This document shows, in pieces, positions 1 through 9,957 of a DNA stretch of 64,000 bases. A program made the position numbers and the translations under genes. The notes below the pieces were generated by a model. That model was not told the origin of the DNA. It saw nothing but the letters and a program-made list of their open reading frames with translations, and searched no databases. The DNA lies in NCBI GenBank assembly GCA_029260965.1, contig JAJDCG010000001.1, positions 184,012 through 248,011 on the forward strand. Reading direction: 5' to 3'. The stretch is from Candidatus Levyibacteriota bacterium. Lineage in GTDB: Bacteria > Patescibacteriota > Microgenomatia > Levybacterales > UBA12049. How positions within the stretch are numbered: the first letter of the stretch is position 1; every line of letters begins with the position of its first letter.

Positions 1-405
1 AATCCAGGACCAAACTTTCCTCTCAGAGGTAAAGAAGTATATGGATACGATATGACTCGGATGACATCTGATTTTTTGAAGTTTATCCCGGCAGGGAAAG
101 TGGGGGTTGTATTTGGAATGTTTGGATATGATTGGGAAGTAGATGAGAATGGTAACGCATCAGGAATGGGAGAAGCACTTACCTATAAACAAATAAGGGA
201 CAAGTTTTTGGACGGTTGTGAGTTTGTTGAATGTAGTATAAAACGAAAAAATGACTCAAGAGAAACGGAGATTCAATATACTGACGAAATGGGATCAGAT
301 CATATTGTTTGGTTTGAAGATATGGAATCTGTAACTGAAAAACAAAATTACTTAAAAGAAAAGGGGATTGGTAGTTTTAGTTTTTGGGCTTATTCGTATT
401 TTTAA
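1..405 (+). CDS. Partial CDS (5' end outside window): C-terminal part of a glycoside hydrolase family 18 (chitinase/YaaH-like) domain
   Basis: Open frame from position 1 with no stop. The C-terminal motif HIVWFEDMESV...KGIGSFSFWAYSY resembles the conserved GH18 C-terminus. Identity rests on motif recall only. Confidence 0.45.
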   Translation, partial: NPGPNFPLRGKEVYGYDMTRMTSDFLKFIPAGKVGVVFGMFGYDWEVDENGNASGMGEALTYKQIRDKFLDGCEFVECSIKRKNDSRETEIQYTDEMGSDHIVWFEDMESVTEKQNYLKEKGIGSFSFWAYSYF

Positions 406-414
406 TTTTTTATT

Positions 415-2658
415 TTATTCTATGATCTCACTAACTTCAACTACCGTTAGGCCTGAGCGATGGAGTGGCTCAGATGGAAAAAGAGGATCTTTGATTTCAA
501 AATCAGGAAGACTGGATACTTGTTTGAAGTAAAATACTACATTTAGATAATTGTCAGGTGTTGGGCTGATTGATAGTGGTAGGATTCTTTTTGAAGTCTC
601 ATGATCATAGAATGATACAAACACATAAGGAGAGGTAACGTTTTCTTTCGCGAACCTAACCAGATTTGATATTTCTTTTTTGTTTAATCCTAGTCTTGTC
701 CCATAGTTATTAATTATAGAGCTGACACTTGATGTGGGAACAACCCTTCCTCTTGTCGGCTTTTCAAGCCGTCTTGAATTTGAACGGTAGTCATAGTTTA
801 GGGCATTATATACAACTCCATTTACTTCCATTGCGCCGTTTTCAAGAGTAGTAACTTCATAACCATTTCCATATTTTGGGTTGTCATTATAGACGTTGGT
901 TTGAATTTTTATGTTTACTTTTTGTCCAGGTGTGCCGTAGATATAAAGTGGAGATTTTTTACATACGGCATCTGGTGTCCCCTTGGTAGCACGGTTTGCA
1001 TCCCATGCCTTGTCATGACATCTGTCAAACGCATTCGTATCTTCTTGGAATCCTTGGGCAAGACATTGTTTTGTCGCAAGATCACGGCATGAGTTATCGG
1101 TTAGTTTTTGTTCTGGAGATGGCTCTGTTTGTTGTCGTTCTCTAATTACTGGTAATTCTGTTTTCATAAAGAATGTCTGAAGTTGGAGGTTGTTTTTATC
1201 GTTTTCCTGTTCCAGAGTAAATGTCGGATTAGCTTCCTGTGCATACGCTTTGGCACCGAGGACATTCTGGAAGTAATTATCTGGTAGTGTTGTTATAAAT
1301 TGTGCAAGAGTATTACTAAGTCTTATATTTTCTTCAGTTGATCCGTCATTTTTGTAGACAGCAGTAAGCGATGCTGCATATTCCTCTCCCAGGTTTCCTC
1401 CGCTTGAGTTTGATTCATCGATTTTCCCTATCAGTATGGTGTCGGTAGACAGGTGGGACAAAAATGAGTATGAAGAAAACTCATCTTCGGGTAGAACTAT
1501 TTCTTTTAGTGTGCCTGATGAAATATTGTATGAAAATAGTCCAGATTCACCTTCAGTTTGTGAGAGTTGAGTTATCGTAATACTTCCTGGAATTGTTTCC
1601 CATTGTACATTTGAATAGATATTTGTGTTTGGAAGATTGCCAAGTACCCGTCTTTCAAGAGTCTGTGTGTCTAGTAATTCAACAGTGTTTGGAGTTAGCA
1701 ATGCCTGACGAAAACCATCATTTAGTGATTTTCCGTCTCCTCTAGAGCCATCATAGCCAGCAAAAACAAGCGTTTTACCATCGGGAGACAGAGAGGGTTG
1801 TGTACCATATGTTCCTTCTTGCATTGATTCTACATCCTGTTTATTTCCTCCATCAAAATCTACAACGCTCATGCCATATGCCCAGCCAGCACCACTTGCA
1901 GGGTCATTTGGTAAAAATTTATCAGCAAATACCTTTCCGTCGTTAAGAACAGCTCTTGGATAATGAATTGGTTGATCTGCAACCTCATTATATAGGAGTT
2001 GTTTTTTTTCAGGATTTGAGAGATCTATCGCATAGACTCTTGAACGGCCTCCTGATAGTATTTCTGATCCATCAGCAAATGACACCTCCCAAGTTGCCAT
2101 GTACTTTTTGTTGGGAGATAGAACGTAATCATCAATTCCAAACCCATTGTCTGCTTTTACTACAGTTTCTGTTTGTCTATTTGCTATTTGATAGCTAACA
2201 ATTTGAGTGCCATGGTCGCGTTCATTAGTCTGGTCTATATATAACAGTCTCTGAGGAGAAAGCACACTAACTTTTTTGATGTTTAAAGGAAGCGTTGCCA
2301 GAGTTGTAGAATCGTTTGATTTCAGATTGACAGCCTTTATTTCTGAAGAAACCCCTGTCCACGCACCATAGATAAGTGTGTTTAGTCCACCAGCAGTAAT
2401 TGCATCAGGCACTTGTTCTCCTGCGAAGGATCCACTAGGAGTGCCAGTGTTATTATTGAGTTGATCATTGTTTTCTGTTAGAGAGCTTGCAGAATTGGAT
2501 AAAAGTAGTGCAATTGCCGTCAAAACTACAACAACAATAATTCCGATTATTATAAATAATCGTTTTTTTGAAGAACTAGGGGAGGCTGTTTGAGGCTGGT
2601 CAGGAACATCAGTTTGTATACTAGGTGTTGTATCTTGATTTTGTTGGGCAGAATCCAT
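415..2658 (-). CDS. Membrane-anchored secreted protein with PD40/TolB-like beta-propeller region and a Cys-containing C-terminal region
   Basis: 747-aa uninterrupted ORF. N-terminal Pro/Ser-rich stretch followed by a hydrophobic helix (LFIIIGIIVVVVLTAIALLL). Repeated SPDGK/SPNKK propeller-like motifs. Six Cys in the C-terminal third. Divergent from tuf. Confidence 0.6.
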   Translation of the reverse strand: MDSAQQNQDTTPSIQTDVPDQPQTASPSSSKKRLFIIIGIIVVVVLTAIALLLSNSASSLTENNDQLNNNTGTPSGSFAGEQVPDAITAGGLNTLIYGAWTGVSSEIKAVNLKSNDSTTLATLPLNIKKVSVLSPQRLLYIDQTNERDHGTQIVSYQIANRQTETVVKADNGFGIDDYVLSPNKKYMATWEVSFADGSEILSGGRSRVYAIDLSNPEKKQLLYNEVADQPIHYPRAVLNDGKVFADKFLPNDPASGAGWAYGMSVVDFDGGNKQDVESMQEGTYGTQPSLSPDGKTLVFAGYDGSRGDGKSLNDGFRQALLTPNTVELLDTQTLERRVLGNLPNTNIYSNVQWETIPGSITITQLSQTEGESGLFSYNISSGTLKEIVLPEDEFSSYSFLSHLSTDTILIGKIDESNSSGGNLGEEYAASLTAVYKNDGSTEENIRLSNTLAQFITTLPDNYFQNVLGAKAYAQEANPTFTLEQENDKNNLQLQTFFMKTELPVIRERQQTEPSPEQKLTDNSCRDLATKQCLAQGFQEDTNAFDRCHDKAWDANRATKGTPDAVCKKSPLYIYGTPGQKVNIKIQTNVYNDNPKYGNGYEVTTLENGAMEVNGVVYNALNYDYRSNSRRLEKPTRGRVVPTSSVSSIINNYGTRLGLNKKEISNLVRFAKENVTSPYVFVSFYDHETSKRILPLSISPTPDNYLNVVFYFKQVSSLPDFEIKDPLFPSEPLHRSGLTVVEVSEIIE

Positions 2659-2743
2659 CTCTACTTCATGATTATATATCGGGATACTTTTGTCAAGGGG
2701 TGGGTTGGTAAATGTGTGGTTTAAGGTAGTTTTATTTTAACTC

Positions 2744-2772
2744 TTGACGAGTAGAAAAAAATATTGTATGAT
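2744..2772 (+). promoter_or_regulatory. Candidate sigma70-type promoter for tuf (TTGACG, 17 nt spacer, TATGAT)
   Basis: Read directly: ttgacg at 2744-2749, 17-nt spacer, tatgat at 2767-2772, about 50 nt upstream of the tuf ATG. Confidence 0.35.
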
Positions 2773-2820
2773 TCATATCACGCTCATCCTAGGGATGGGA
2801 TTTATTTTTAGTCTAAAAAT

Positions 2821-4005
2821 ATGGCTGACACAAAATTCGAAAGAAATAAACCACATGTAAATATCGGAACAATTGGTCATGTCGATCATGGCAAGACAAC
2901 TCTATCTGCTGCCATTGCGACTGTTCTTTCTAAAAAGGGAGGATCAAAAGCAATGAAATATGAGGATATTGATAATGCTCCTGAAGAGAAAGCTCGTGGA
3001 GTTACTATTAATATTTCTCATCTAGAATATGAAACAGAAAAGAGGCATTATGCACATATTGATGCTCCAGGACATGCTGATTATATAAAAAATATGATTA
3101 CAGGCGCAGCTCAGATGGATGGTGCGATACTCGTTGTGTCCGCTCCGGATGGTCCAATGCCTCAGACGCGTGAGCATATTCTTTTGGCAAAGCAGGTTGG
3201 TGTGCCTTCAATTGTTGTTTTTCTCAATAAATGCGACATGGTTCAGGATGCAGAGCTACTTGATCTTGTTGAGATGGAGGTTCGTGAGCTTCTTAACAAA
3301 TATGAATACCCAGGTGATGAGACACCAATTATTCGTGGATCAGCGCTTAAAGCTCTTGAAGGAGATGCTGAGGCTGAAAAAGCAATTGAAGAATTGATGA
3401 AGACAGTTGATGACTACATCCCAACTCCTGACAGGCCACTAGATAAGCCATTTCTTATGCCTGTTGAGGATGTTTTCTCAATCAAAGGGCGTGGAACAGT
3501 TGTGACCGGCAGGATTGAGCGTGGAATTGTCAAGGTAAATGAGCCAGTATCAATTGTAGGTCTTGATAAGAACAAGGAATCAGTAGTAACTGGTGTTGAG
3601 ATGTTTAAGAAGCAGCTTGATGAAGGTCAAGCAGGGGATAATGTAGGTCTTCTTCTCCGAGGACTTGAGAAGACAGACGTTGAGCGTGGACAGGTAATCG
3701 CAAAACCTGGATCAATTACTCCTCACACAGAATTTGAGGCTGAAGCATATATTCTTACCAAAGAAGAGGGTGGTCGTCATACACCATTCTTTACTGGATA
3801 TCGTCCACAGTTTTACATCAGAACAACTGATGTTACAGGTACAGCTGAGCTTCCATCAGGAGTCGAGATGGTTATGCCTGGGGATAATACAAAGATGACT
3901 GTCAAGCTGATTGTTCCGGTTGCTCTTGAAGAGGGACTGCGATTTGCTATCCGTGAAGGCGGAAAGACAGTCGGAGCAGGAGTAATATCAAAAATAATTA
4001 AGTAA
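2821..4005 (+). CDS. tuf: Translation elongation factor Tu
   Basis: 394 aa. [10 protein letters not shown]-loop, DAPGH and NKCD G-motifs, and full-length EF-Tu architecture. Confidence 0.97.
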   Translation: MADTKFERNKPHVNIGTIGHVDHGKTTLSAAIATVLSKKGGSKAMKYEDIDNAPEEKARGVTINISHLEYETEKRHYAHIDAPGHADYIKNMITGAAQMDGAILVVSAPDGPMPQTREHILLAKQVGVPSIVVFLNKCDMVQDAELLDLVEMEVRELLNKYEYPGDETPIIRGSALKALEGDAEAEKAIEELMKTVDDYIPTPDRPLDKPFLMPVEDVFSIKGRGTVVTGRIERGIVKVNEPVSIVGLDKNKESVVTGVEMFKKQLDEGQAGDNVGLLLRGLEKTDVERGQVIAKPGSITPHTEFEAEAYILTKEEGGRHTPFFTGYRPQFYIRTTDVTGTAELPSGVEMVMPGDNTKMTVKLIVPVALEEGLRFAIREGGKTVGAGVISKIIK

Positions 4006-4058
4006 AAAAAGCCCCGATATTAGAGGGGATTGATCTTTGACAGTCTGTTGGTAAAATT

Positions 4059-4367
4059 ATGCCTAAAGGAAGAATAAGAGTCAGGTTAAAAAGCTATGAC
4101 GCACGCGTTCTTGATGCGTGTTGTCAGCAGATTTTGGATTCGGTTATAAGAACTGGGGCTAAAGTTATTGGGCCAGTTCCTCTTCCTACTGATAGATCTG
4201 TCTATGCAGTAAACAAATCACCTTTTATTGATAAAGACGCAAGAGATCATTTTGAAATCAGAGTCCACAAAAGACTTATTGATATCATGTCGCCAACGGA
4301 CAAAACTATTGACAGTTTGACAAATTTAGCACTGCCCGCAGGAGTAGACGTAGAACTTAAAATGTAA
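4059..4367 (+). CDS. rpsJ: 30S ribosomal protein S10
   Basis: 102 aa. IRVRLKSYD...GPVPLPT motif typical of uS10. First gene of the S10 operon after tuf. Confidence 0.95.
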   Translation: MPKGRIRVRLKSYDARVLDACCQQILDSVIRTGAKVIGPVPLPTDRSVYAVNKSPFIDKDARDHFEIRVHKRLIDIMSPTDKTIDSLTNLALPAGVDVELKM

Positions 4368-4501
4368 CCCATTTTGGTTACAGATTGGTAATATTGATGC
4401 CCTACATAAAAATTAAACATTCTAAATAGTTGATTGATTAAAAATGCCTGAGCTAGGCCACCCCATTTAGAGGGGCTCAAATCACAAAGTTGTGAGTATA
4501 A

Positions 4502-4528
4502 AGATAGCTTAAAGGCTATCTTTTTTTT
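4502..4528 (+). terminator. Intrinsic-terminator-like hairpin plus T8 tract 14 nt upstream of the rplC start
   Basis: agatagc-ttaaag-gctatct followed by tttttttt, read directly. It lies in an unusually long (175 nt) rpsJ-rplC spacer. Confidence 0.5.
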
Positions 4529-4542
4529 GTTTGAATAAGAAT

Positions 4543-5373
4543 ATGATTAATACATTAATAGGTAGAAAAATAAATCAGGCACAGGATTTTCTGGAAAATG
4601 GAAGAAGAATTCCCGTTACAGAGATTTCTGTAGTAGATAATGTTGTTTTGCAGGTTAAGAGCCTTGAGAAGGATGGATATGTAGCAGCGCAGCTTGGGTT
4701 TGATGCTAAAAAGAATCCACCAAAAGCTCTTCTTGGTCATGCAAAGAAGCAAGGAGTAGATAGGGCGCCTTCAAAAATTCATGAAATAAGACTCGATGGG
4801 GTAGGTGGAGATGACTTACCCAAATCAGGAGAGGTCCTGACAGTTGATTCGATTTTTAAATCTGGAGACATTGTGCAGATAAGTGGGACATCAAAAGGTA
4901 AGGGGTTTGCAGGAGTTGTAAGGCGCTACAATTTTCGTGGAGGGCCTAAGACTCACGGTCAGTCTGATAGACACCGTGCTCCTGGATCAATTGGTCAATC
5001 TACGACCCCTGGGAGGGTTTATAAAGGTAAGAGAATGGCGGGACGTATGGGTACTGATAAGGTCACCATTAAAAATCTGGTAGTCGTAGATGTTGATATA
5101 GAAAATAAGAAGCTTTTCGTTACTGGTCTAGTGCCTGGCAACAAGAATGGAGTTGTAGTTATTGAGAAGATAGGAGAAAAAAAGAAATATGTTCCGCTTG
5201 TTTCAGCTAAAGAAGCAGAGAGTGAGAAACCAGTTGAAGAGTTAGAGGCCGAGGAGAAAGTGGCAGAAAAAATTGAAGTTGAAAAAGCTGAGGAATCGGT
5301 AGAAGAAAAAAAGACGGAAGAAGTAGTAAAAGAAAATGAAGAAAAGACTGAAGAAAAGGAGGAAGTAAAATAA
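4543..5373 (+). CDS. rplC: 50S ribosomal protein L3 with an ~60-aa acidic (Glu/Lys-rich) C-terminal extension
   Basis: MINTLIGRK...QSDRHRAPGSIG uL3 core. The ORF track's start at 4531 is a TTG; the ATG at 4543 aligns with the L3 N-terminus. The tail is EEKVAEKIEVEKAEE... Confidence 0.93.
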   Translation: MINTLIGRKINQAQDFLENGRRIPVTEISVVDNVVLQVKSLEKDGYVAAQLGFDAKKNPPKALLGHAKKQGVDRAPSKIHEIRLDGVGGDDLPKSGEVLTVDSIFKSGDIVQISGTSKGKGFAGVVRRYNFRGGPKTHGQSDRHRAPGSIGQSTTPGRVYKGKRMAGRMGTDKVTIKNLVVVDVDIENKKLFVTGLVPGNKNGVVVIEKIGEKKKYVPLVSAKEAESEKPVEELEAEEKVAEKIEVEKAEESVEEKKTEEVVKENEEKTEEKEEVK

Positions 5374-5374
5374 T

Positions 5375-6076
5375 ATGGTTGACGTAAAGAAGAAAACAAC
5401 AGGTGGCAAGTCTGTTGTTAAGACATCGAGCTTATCAGCTAGTGTGTTTGATCTAAATGGTAAATCTACTGGTAAGATGACACTCTCAAAAGAGATATTT
5501 GGTGGGGTTGTTAATAAGAAGCTTTTAGCGCAAGCTGTACGTATTTATCTTGCCAACAAGAGGCAGGGAAATGCTTCAACAAAGACTAGGTCTGAGGTAG
5601 ATGGCTCATCAAGGAAAATCTATAAACAAAAAGGTACTGGACGCGCAAGGCATGGTACGCTCAGGGCTCCAATTTTTGTAAAAGGAGGAGTGGCTCATGG
5701 TCCTAAGCCTCGGGATTTTAGCCTTGATTTTCCGAAAAAGATGAGAAAAAAAGCCTTATTCTCAGCTCTTTCAGCAAAGTTTAGCGATGAAGAGATAGTA
5801 TTTGTTTCGGGTTTTGAAAAGATAAGTCCAAAGACAAAGCAATTTTCTGAGCTTTTGAAAAAACTGTCGCTAGATGATAAAAAGAAAAATTTTTTGATTG
5901 TGCGTCCAGATGGTTTTGAGAATGCTAGGCGGGCAATAGGAAATATTGAGGGAGTTAGTGAGATTTCAGCAGTCAGATTAAACGCTCTTGATGTTTTGAG
6001 GGCAAGAAAGATTATTTTTGCAAAGGAATCTATTTCCGATTTGGAGAGGACTTTTTTGAAAAAGGAAGAAAAATGA
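5375..6076 (+). CDS. rplD: 50S ribosomal protein L4
   Basis: 233 aa. KGTGRARHG motif of uL4. Position in the S10 operon. Confidence 0.93.
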   Translation: MVDVKKKTTGGKSVVKTSSLSASVFDLNGKSTGKMTLSKEIFGGVVNKKLLAQAVRIYLANKRQGNASTKTRSEVDGSSRKIYKQKGTGRARHGTLRAPIFVKGGVAHGPKPRDFSLDFPKKMRKKALFSALSAKFSDEEIVFVSGFEKISPKTKQFSELLKKLSLDDKKKNFLIVRPDGFENARRAIGNIEGVSEISAVRLNALDVLRARKIIFAKESISDLERTFLKKEEK

Positions 6077-6372
6077 AAAAAATTATAGTAAAACCAATTG
6101 TTACAGAGAAATCAATGCAAGATTCAGGTAGGAAATTTACGTTTTTGGTTGATAGATTTGCAACAAAACTAGATATCAAAAATGCAATTAAAGGGCAGTT
6201 TGGGATAATTCCACAATCTATTAAAACAATCGTTGTCAAGGGTAAGAGGACAAGAAGGGGTGTCAGAAGGATTGAGTCAATTGTGGTTGAATCAAAGAAG
6301 GCAACAATTTTTTTGAAAAAAGGAGATAAGTTGTCAATTTTTGAATCAGATTCAGATAAAAAGAAGAAATAA
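6073..6372 (+). CDS. rplW: 50S ribosomal protein L23
   Basis: 99 aa. IVKPIVTEKS uL23 N-terminus. Operon position. Confidence 0.9.
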   Translation: MKKIIVKPIVTEKSMQDSGRKFTFLVDRFATKLDIKNAIKGQFGIIPQSIKTIVVKGKRTRRGVRRIESIVVESKKATIFLKKGDKLSIFESDSDKKKK

Positions 6373-6375
6373 AAT

Positions 6376-7128
6376 ATGAGAAAATTAAAAACAATAAAGA
6401 AAAAACATTCGGGTAGAAGTGCATCAGGTCAAGTTGTTGTGCGTCATCAGGGTGGTCAGCATAAAAGATTTTTGAGAAATGTTGATTTTAAGAGAAATAA
6501 GTTTGATATAGAGGGCAAAATTATAGCTGTAGAGTATGATCCAAATAGAACTGCTGATGTAGCGCTTGTTCATTATGGTGATGGTGAAAAACGATACATA
6601 CTCTCTCCCGTTGGACTAAAGGCTGGAGATGTGGTAATATCCGGCAAGTCAGTTGATATTAAGAACGGAAATTCACTTCCTCTTTCAAAAATTCCTGTTG
6701 GGACAGTAATTCACAATATTGAATTAACGTCTGGAAAAGGAGGGCAGATGGCAAGAAGTGCTGGGACAGGTGCTATATTAACAGCTCGTGAGGGTAAGTT
6801 CGCTCATCTCAAGCTCCCATCGGGTGAAGCAAGAAAAGTAAGACTTGAGGGTTATGCTACAATCGGACAGCTTGGAAATGTTGAATGGAAGAATGAAGTA
6901 ATCGGTAAAGCAGGGCGTGCAAGGCGCATGGGTAGGAGACCTACTGTCCGTGGTGTTGCTCAAAATCCAAGATCTCATCCTCATGGAGGAGGAGAGGGCA
7001 GGTCGGGAATAGGTATGCCAGCACCTAAGACTTATGCAGGTCGAGTGGCAGTTGGGAATACAAGAAAGAAGAAAAAATACTCCGATCAATATATTTTGCA
7101 GAGAAGAAAAAATAAGAGAGGTCAATAA
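6376..7128 (+). CDS. rplB: 50S ribosomal protein L2
   Basis: 250 aa. Conserved uL2 C-terminal RNA-binding region ([23 protein letters not shown]). Confidence 0.96.
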   Translation: MRKLKTIKKKHSGRSASGQVVVRHQGGQHKRFLRNVDFKRNKFDIEGKIIAVEYDPNRTADVALVHYGDGEKRYILSPVGLKAGDVVISGKSVDIKNGNSLPLSKIPVGTVIHNIELTSGKGGQMARSAGTGAILTAREGKFAHLKLPSGEARKVRLEGYATIGQLGNVEWKNEVIGKAGRARRMGRRPTVRGVAQNPRSHPHGGGEGRSGIGMPAPKTYAGRVAVGNTRKKKKYSDQYILQRRKNKRGQ

Positions 7129-7130
7129 TT

Positions 7131-7415
7131 ATGGGAAGAAGTGTAAAAAAAGGACCATACATAGATGAAAAGCTTTTGAAGAAGGTTCAAATGCTTAAGC
7201 AAACAGGCTCATCTGAATCTATAAAAACCTGGTCGAGAGCTTGTCAGATACCACCAGAATTTGTGGGCGTAACATTTATGGTTCACAATGGGAAACATTT
7301 TATAAAAGTATTTGTTTCTGAAAATATGGTTGGATCTCGTCTTGGGGAGTTTGCACCAACAAGGCTGTTTAGAGGTCATGGAAGAGTTGTTGCAAGAGAG
7401 ATCAGTAAAACTTAG
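7131..7415 (+). CDS. rpsS: 30S ribosomal protein S19
   Basis: 94 aa. uS19-like [15 protein letters not shown]...[31 protein letters not shown]. Confidence 0.95.
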   Translation: MGRSVKKGPYIDEKLLKKVQMLKQTGSSESIKTWSRACQIPPEFVGVTFMVHNGKHFIKVFVSENMVGSRLGEFAPTRLFRGHGRVVAREISKT

Positions 7416-7494
7416 TGTTTTAAATGTCTTTCTGAGGCATAGTCTAAGGATCTATTTAGGTTCTTTACTACGCTCAGAATGACATAATTAAATT

Positions 7495-7926
7495 ATGGAA
7501 GTAAAAGCAATTGCAAAAAATGTCAGAATTAGTCCAAGAAAGCTTCGGCTCATCGCGGATACGGTACGAGGATTGTCTGTGAGTCAGGCCCTTGAAGTGC
7601 TTGAAATAACTCAAAAAAGGGCAGCATCACCGATATACAAAGTGATTAAGAGTGCTATTTCAAATGCAAAAGTAAACAACAATTTAGAAGAGGAGAATTT
7701 ATTACTTTCAAGGGTTATGGTGCAGGAGGGTCAAGCACTGAAGAGATTTCACCCAGCATCTAGAGGTAGGGTTCATCCATACAAAAAGAAAGCAAGTCAT
7801 ATAGTTATAACCTTAAAAGAGAAAGATAAAACCGAAAACAAAGTAGTAGAAGAAGTAAAAGAAAAAGTTGAAGAGAAAAAAGTTGAACAATCAGCAAAGA
7901 GAGGGGGGAAGGCAAGCAGCGAATAG
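7495..7926 (+). CDS. rplV: 50S ribosomal protein L22 with Lys/Glu-rich C-terminal extension
   Basis: uL22 core (AIAKNVRISPRKLRLIADTVRG) plus an ~35 aa KE-rich tail. Confidence 0.93.
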   Translation: MEVKAIAKNVRISPRKLRLIADTVRGLSVSQALEVLEITQKRAASPIYKVIKSAISNAKVNNNLEEENLLLSRVMVQEGQALKRFHPASRGRVHPYKKKASHIVITLKEKDKTENKVVEEVKEKVEEKKVEQSAKRGGKASSE

Positions 7927-7980
7927 TATTTAGTTTGTAAAAAAAATACTAGCAATTCGCAAGGTGTCATTATTTAATTT

Positions 7981-8628
7981 ATGGGACAAAAAGTAAATCC
8001 ACATTTAATAAGGCTTAGAAATGTTTTTGACTGGAACAGCCGATGGTTTGATGAAAAAAAATATAAGGATACACTTATTGAGGATTTTTCACTCAGAAAG
8101 ATGTTGATGGATAGGCTTAAATCAGCAGGTATCGCCAGGGTTGAGATAGAACGTTCAATCAATAGTTTGAAAATTATTATCTTTGTATCTCGTCCGGGTA
8201 TTGTGATAGGACGTGGCGGATCGGGTCTTGAAGACTTAAAAAAGATTATTAATAAATTTTTTGTACGTACCAGAAAAGATGCAGCAGTACCAAAAATGGA
8301 TATTCGAGTTGAGCCGATTAAAGAACCTAATCTAGATTCATACCTGGTTGCAACGAGCATTGCGGATCAGTTGGCAAGACGTCTTCCATATAAGAGGGTG
8401 TTGAATGCAACTGCTGAGCGGGTAATGGCATCTGGTGCTAAAGGTGTTAAAATTTTACTCGCCGGAAGGATAGCAGGTTCTGAGATAGCAAGGAGAGAAA
8501 AGATTCATGTAGGTACGGTTCCATTGTCAACAATTAGAGAAAATATTCACTATACTAGTTATCCTGCTTTAACAAAAAAGGGATATATAGGAGTAAAAGT
8601 TTGGATAAATCAACCTGAGGAGAAATAA
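7981..8628 (+). CDS. rpsC: 30S ribosomal protein S3
   Basis: 215 aa. KH-like domain and uS3 C-domain ([21 protein letters not shown]). Confidence 0.95.
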   Translation: MGQKVNPHLIRLRNVFDWNSRWFDEKKYKDTLIEDFSLRKMLMDRLKSAGIARVEIERSINSLKIIIFVSRPGIVIGRGGSGLEDLKKIINKFFVRTRKDAAVPKMDIRVEPIKEPNLDSYLVATSIADQLARRLPYKRVLNATAERVMASGAKGVKILLAGRIAGSEIARREKIHVGTVPLSTIRENIHYTSYPALTKKGYIGVKVWINQPEEK

Positions 8629-8630
8629 TT

Positions 8631-9041
8631 ATGTTATCACCAAGAAAACAGAAATACAGAAAGCAAATGAGGGGTGTTATGAAGGGTAACGCTACAAGAG
8701 GAGTTAAGATTTCTTTTGGAGATTTTGGCCTTCAGTCAATGGGAACCGGCTGGGTGACATCAAGGCAAATAGAATCAGGCAGGCGCTCTATTACTCACTA
8801 TACCCAAAGAGGGGGAAGGATTTGGATCAGAATTTTTCCTGATAAACCAATCAGCAAGAAGCCAGCAGAGGTTAGGATGGGTGGCGGAAAGGGAGATACG
8901 CATGAGTTTGTGGTTGCGATAAAACCTGGAAAGGTACTCTACGAGATTTCAGGAGTTACTGAAGAGGTTGCAAAAGAGGCACTAAGACTTGCATCACATA
9001 AGATGCCTGTTAAAACAAGATTTATATCAAAAGCACACTAA
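8631..9041 (+). CDS. rplP: 50S ribosomal protein L16
   Basis: 136 aa. [15 protein letters not shown], the classic uL16 N-terminus. Confidence 0.95.
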   Translation: MLSPRKQKYRKQMRGVMKGNATRGVKISFGDFGLQSMGTGWVTSRQIESGRRSITHYTQRGGRIWIRIFPDKPISKKPAEVRMGGGKGDTHEFVVAIKPGKVLYEISGVTEEVAKEALRLASHKMPVKTRFISKAH

Positions 9042-9043
9042 AT

Positions 9044-9319
9044 ATGAAAATAAATATTAAAAAAGAATTACATGAAGAGAATGTCTTAGAACTTGAAAAG
9101 CAGCTTGTTGAGATTGAAAAAGAGTTGTCACAAATGAAACTTGATCATCAGATGGGTAGGGTTAAAAATACAAGTGGGCTAACCCTGAAAAGACAAGAGG
9201 TGGCAATTGTAAAAACAATCATAAATGAGAAGAAACTTCTTGGAGAGTTAGAAGATGTGGAAAAAATGGCAAAAGTTGAAGAGGTAAAAAAAAACAAGAG
9301 CAAAGGAGGTAGTAAATGA
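9044..9319 (+). CDS. rpmC: 50S ribosomal protein L29 (with C-terminal KE-rich extension)
   Basis: Coiled-coil uL29-like N-terminal 65 aa. Position between rplP and rpsQ. Confidence 0.85.
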   Translation: MKINIKKELHEENVLELEKQLVEIEKELSQMKLDHQMGRVKNTSGLTLKRQEVAIVKTIINEKKLLGELEDVEKMAKVEEVKKNKSKGGSK

Positions 9320-9582
9320 AAAAAATATTAATTGGAAAAATAGTTTCAATAAAAATGCAAAACACGGTAGTGGTTGAGGTCGTGCGTCGCACGCCACACA
9401 AGCTTTATGGTAAGCTTCTTAAGAAAAGTAAAAAACATAAGGTTGAGACAAATGGTGCAGAAGTAGCTGTAGGACAAGAGGTGAGAATAGTTGAGACAAA
9501 ACCTATTTCAAAAACCAAAAGATTTGAATTGTACAATAAACCCGTTAAGCAAGTCCGGGACAAGGAGGTTAAAAAATCATGA
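9316..9582 (+). CDS. rpsQ: 30S ribosomal protein S17
   Basis: 88 aa. [27 protein letters not shown] uS17 OB-fold N-terminus. Confidence 0.93.
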   Translation: MKKILIGKIVSIKMQNTVVVEVVRRTPHKLYGKLLKKSKKHKVETNGAEVAVGQEVRIVETKPISKTKRFELYNKPVKQVRDKEVKKS

Positions 9583-9953
9583 TACAACAGAGGAGTATAT
9601 TATCATCGGCTGATAATTCTGGGGCAAAGCAGTTGGTTGTTATCCAAGTTTATGGTGGATCAAAAAGAAAATTTGGTAGCATTGGTGACGTGATACACTG
9701 CGTGGTTAAAGAAGCGGCGCCAAATGGTCAGGTTAAAGATAGCGAAATGGTAAAAGCGGTGATAGTACGTACTAAAAAAGAAATTAAAAGAAACGATGGC
9801 TCTTATATAAGATTTTCAGATAACGCAGCAGTAGTAATAGATAATGCAAAAGACAAAAATGTACGCGGTACTCGTATATTTGGGCCAATTGCGAGAGAAG
9901 TCCGTGATGCAGGTTTTGCGAAGATCGCTAGTATGGCAGTGGAGGTTTTATAA
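9579..9953 (+). CDS. rplN: 50S ribosomal protein L14
   Basis: 124 aa. [17 protein letters not shown], the uL14 N-terminus. Confidence 0.96.
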   Translation: MIQQRSILSSADNSGAKQLVVIQVYGGSKRKFGSIGDVIHCVVKEAAPNGQVKDSEMVKAVIVRTKKEIKRNDGSYIRFSDNAAVVIDNAKDKNVRGTRIFGPIAREVRDAGFAKIASMAVEVL

Positions 9954-9957
9954 AATT

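Noticed and set aside
3119-3397. 92-aa plus-strand ORF inside tuf in another frame
   Set aside because: It is embedded in the EF-Tu coding sequence, which is conserved and full-length. No independent support.
4028-4058. Promoter for rpsJ using the TTGACA at 4037
   Set aside because: No acceptable -10 element lies at 16-18 nt spacing (TAAAAT sits only 9 nt downstream). Not reported as a feature.
5019-5399. 126-aa Ser/Phe/Thr-rich minus-strand ORF
   Set aside because: Antisense to the GAA/AAG-repetitive acidic tail of rplC. It is a low-complexity artefact.
9844-9957. Track start of the rplX ORF at Met 9844
   Set aside because: That N-terminal extension overlaps rplN in another frame and does not resemble L24. 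The ATG at 9958 gives the canonical KOW N-terminus.
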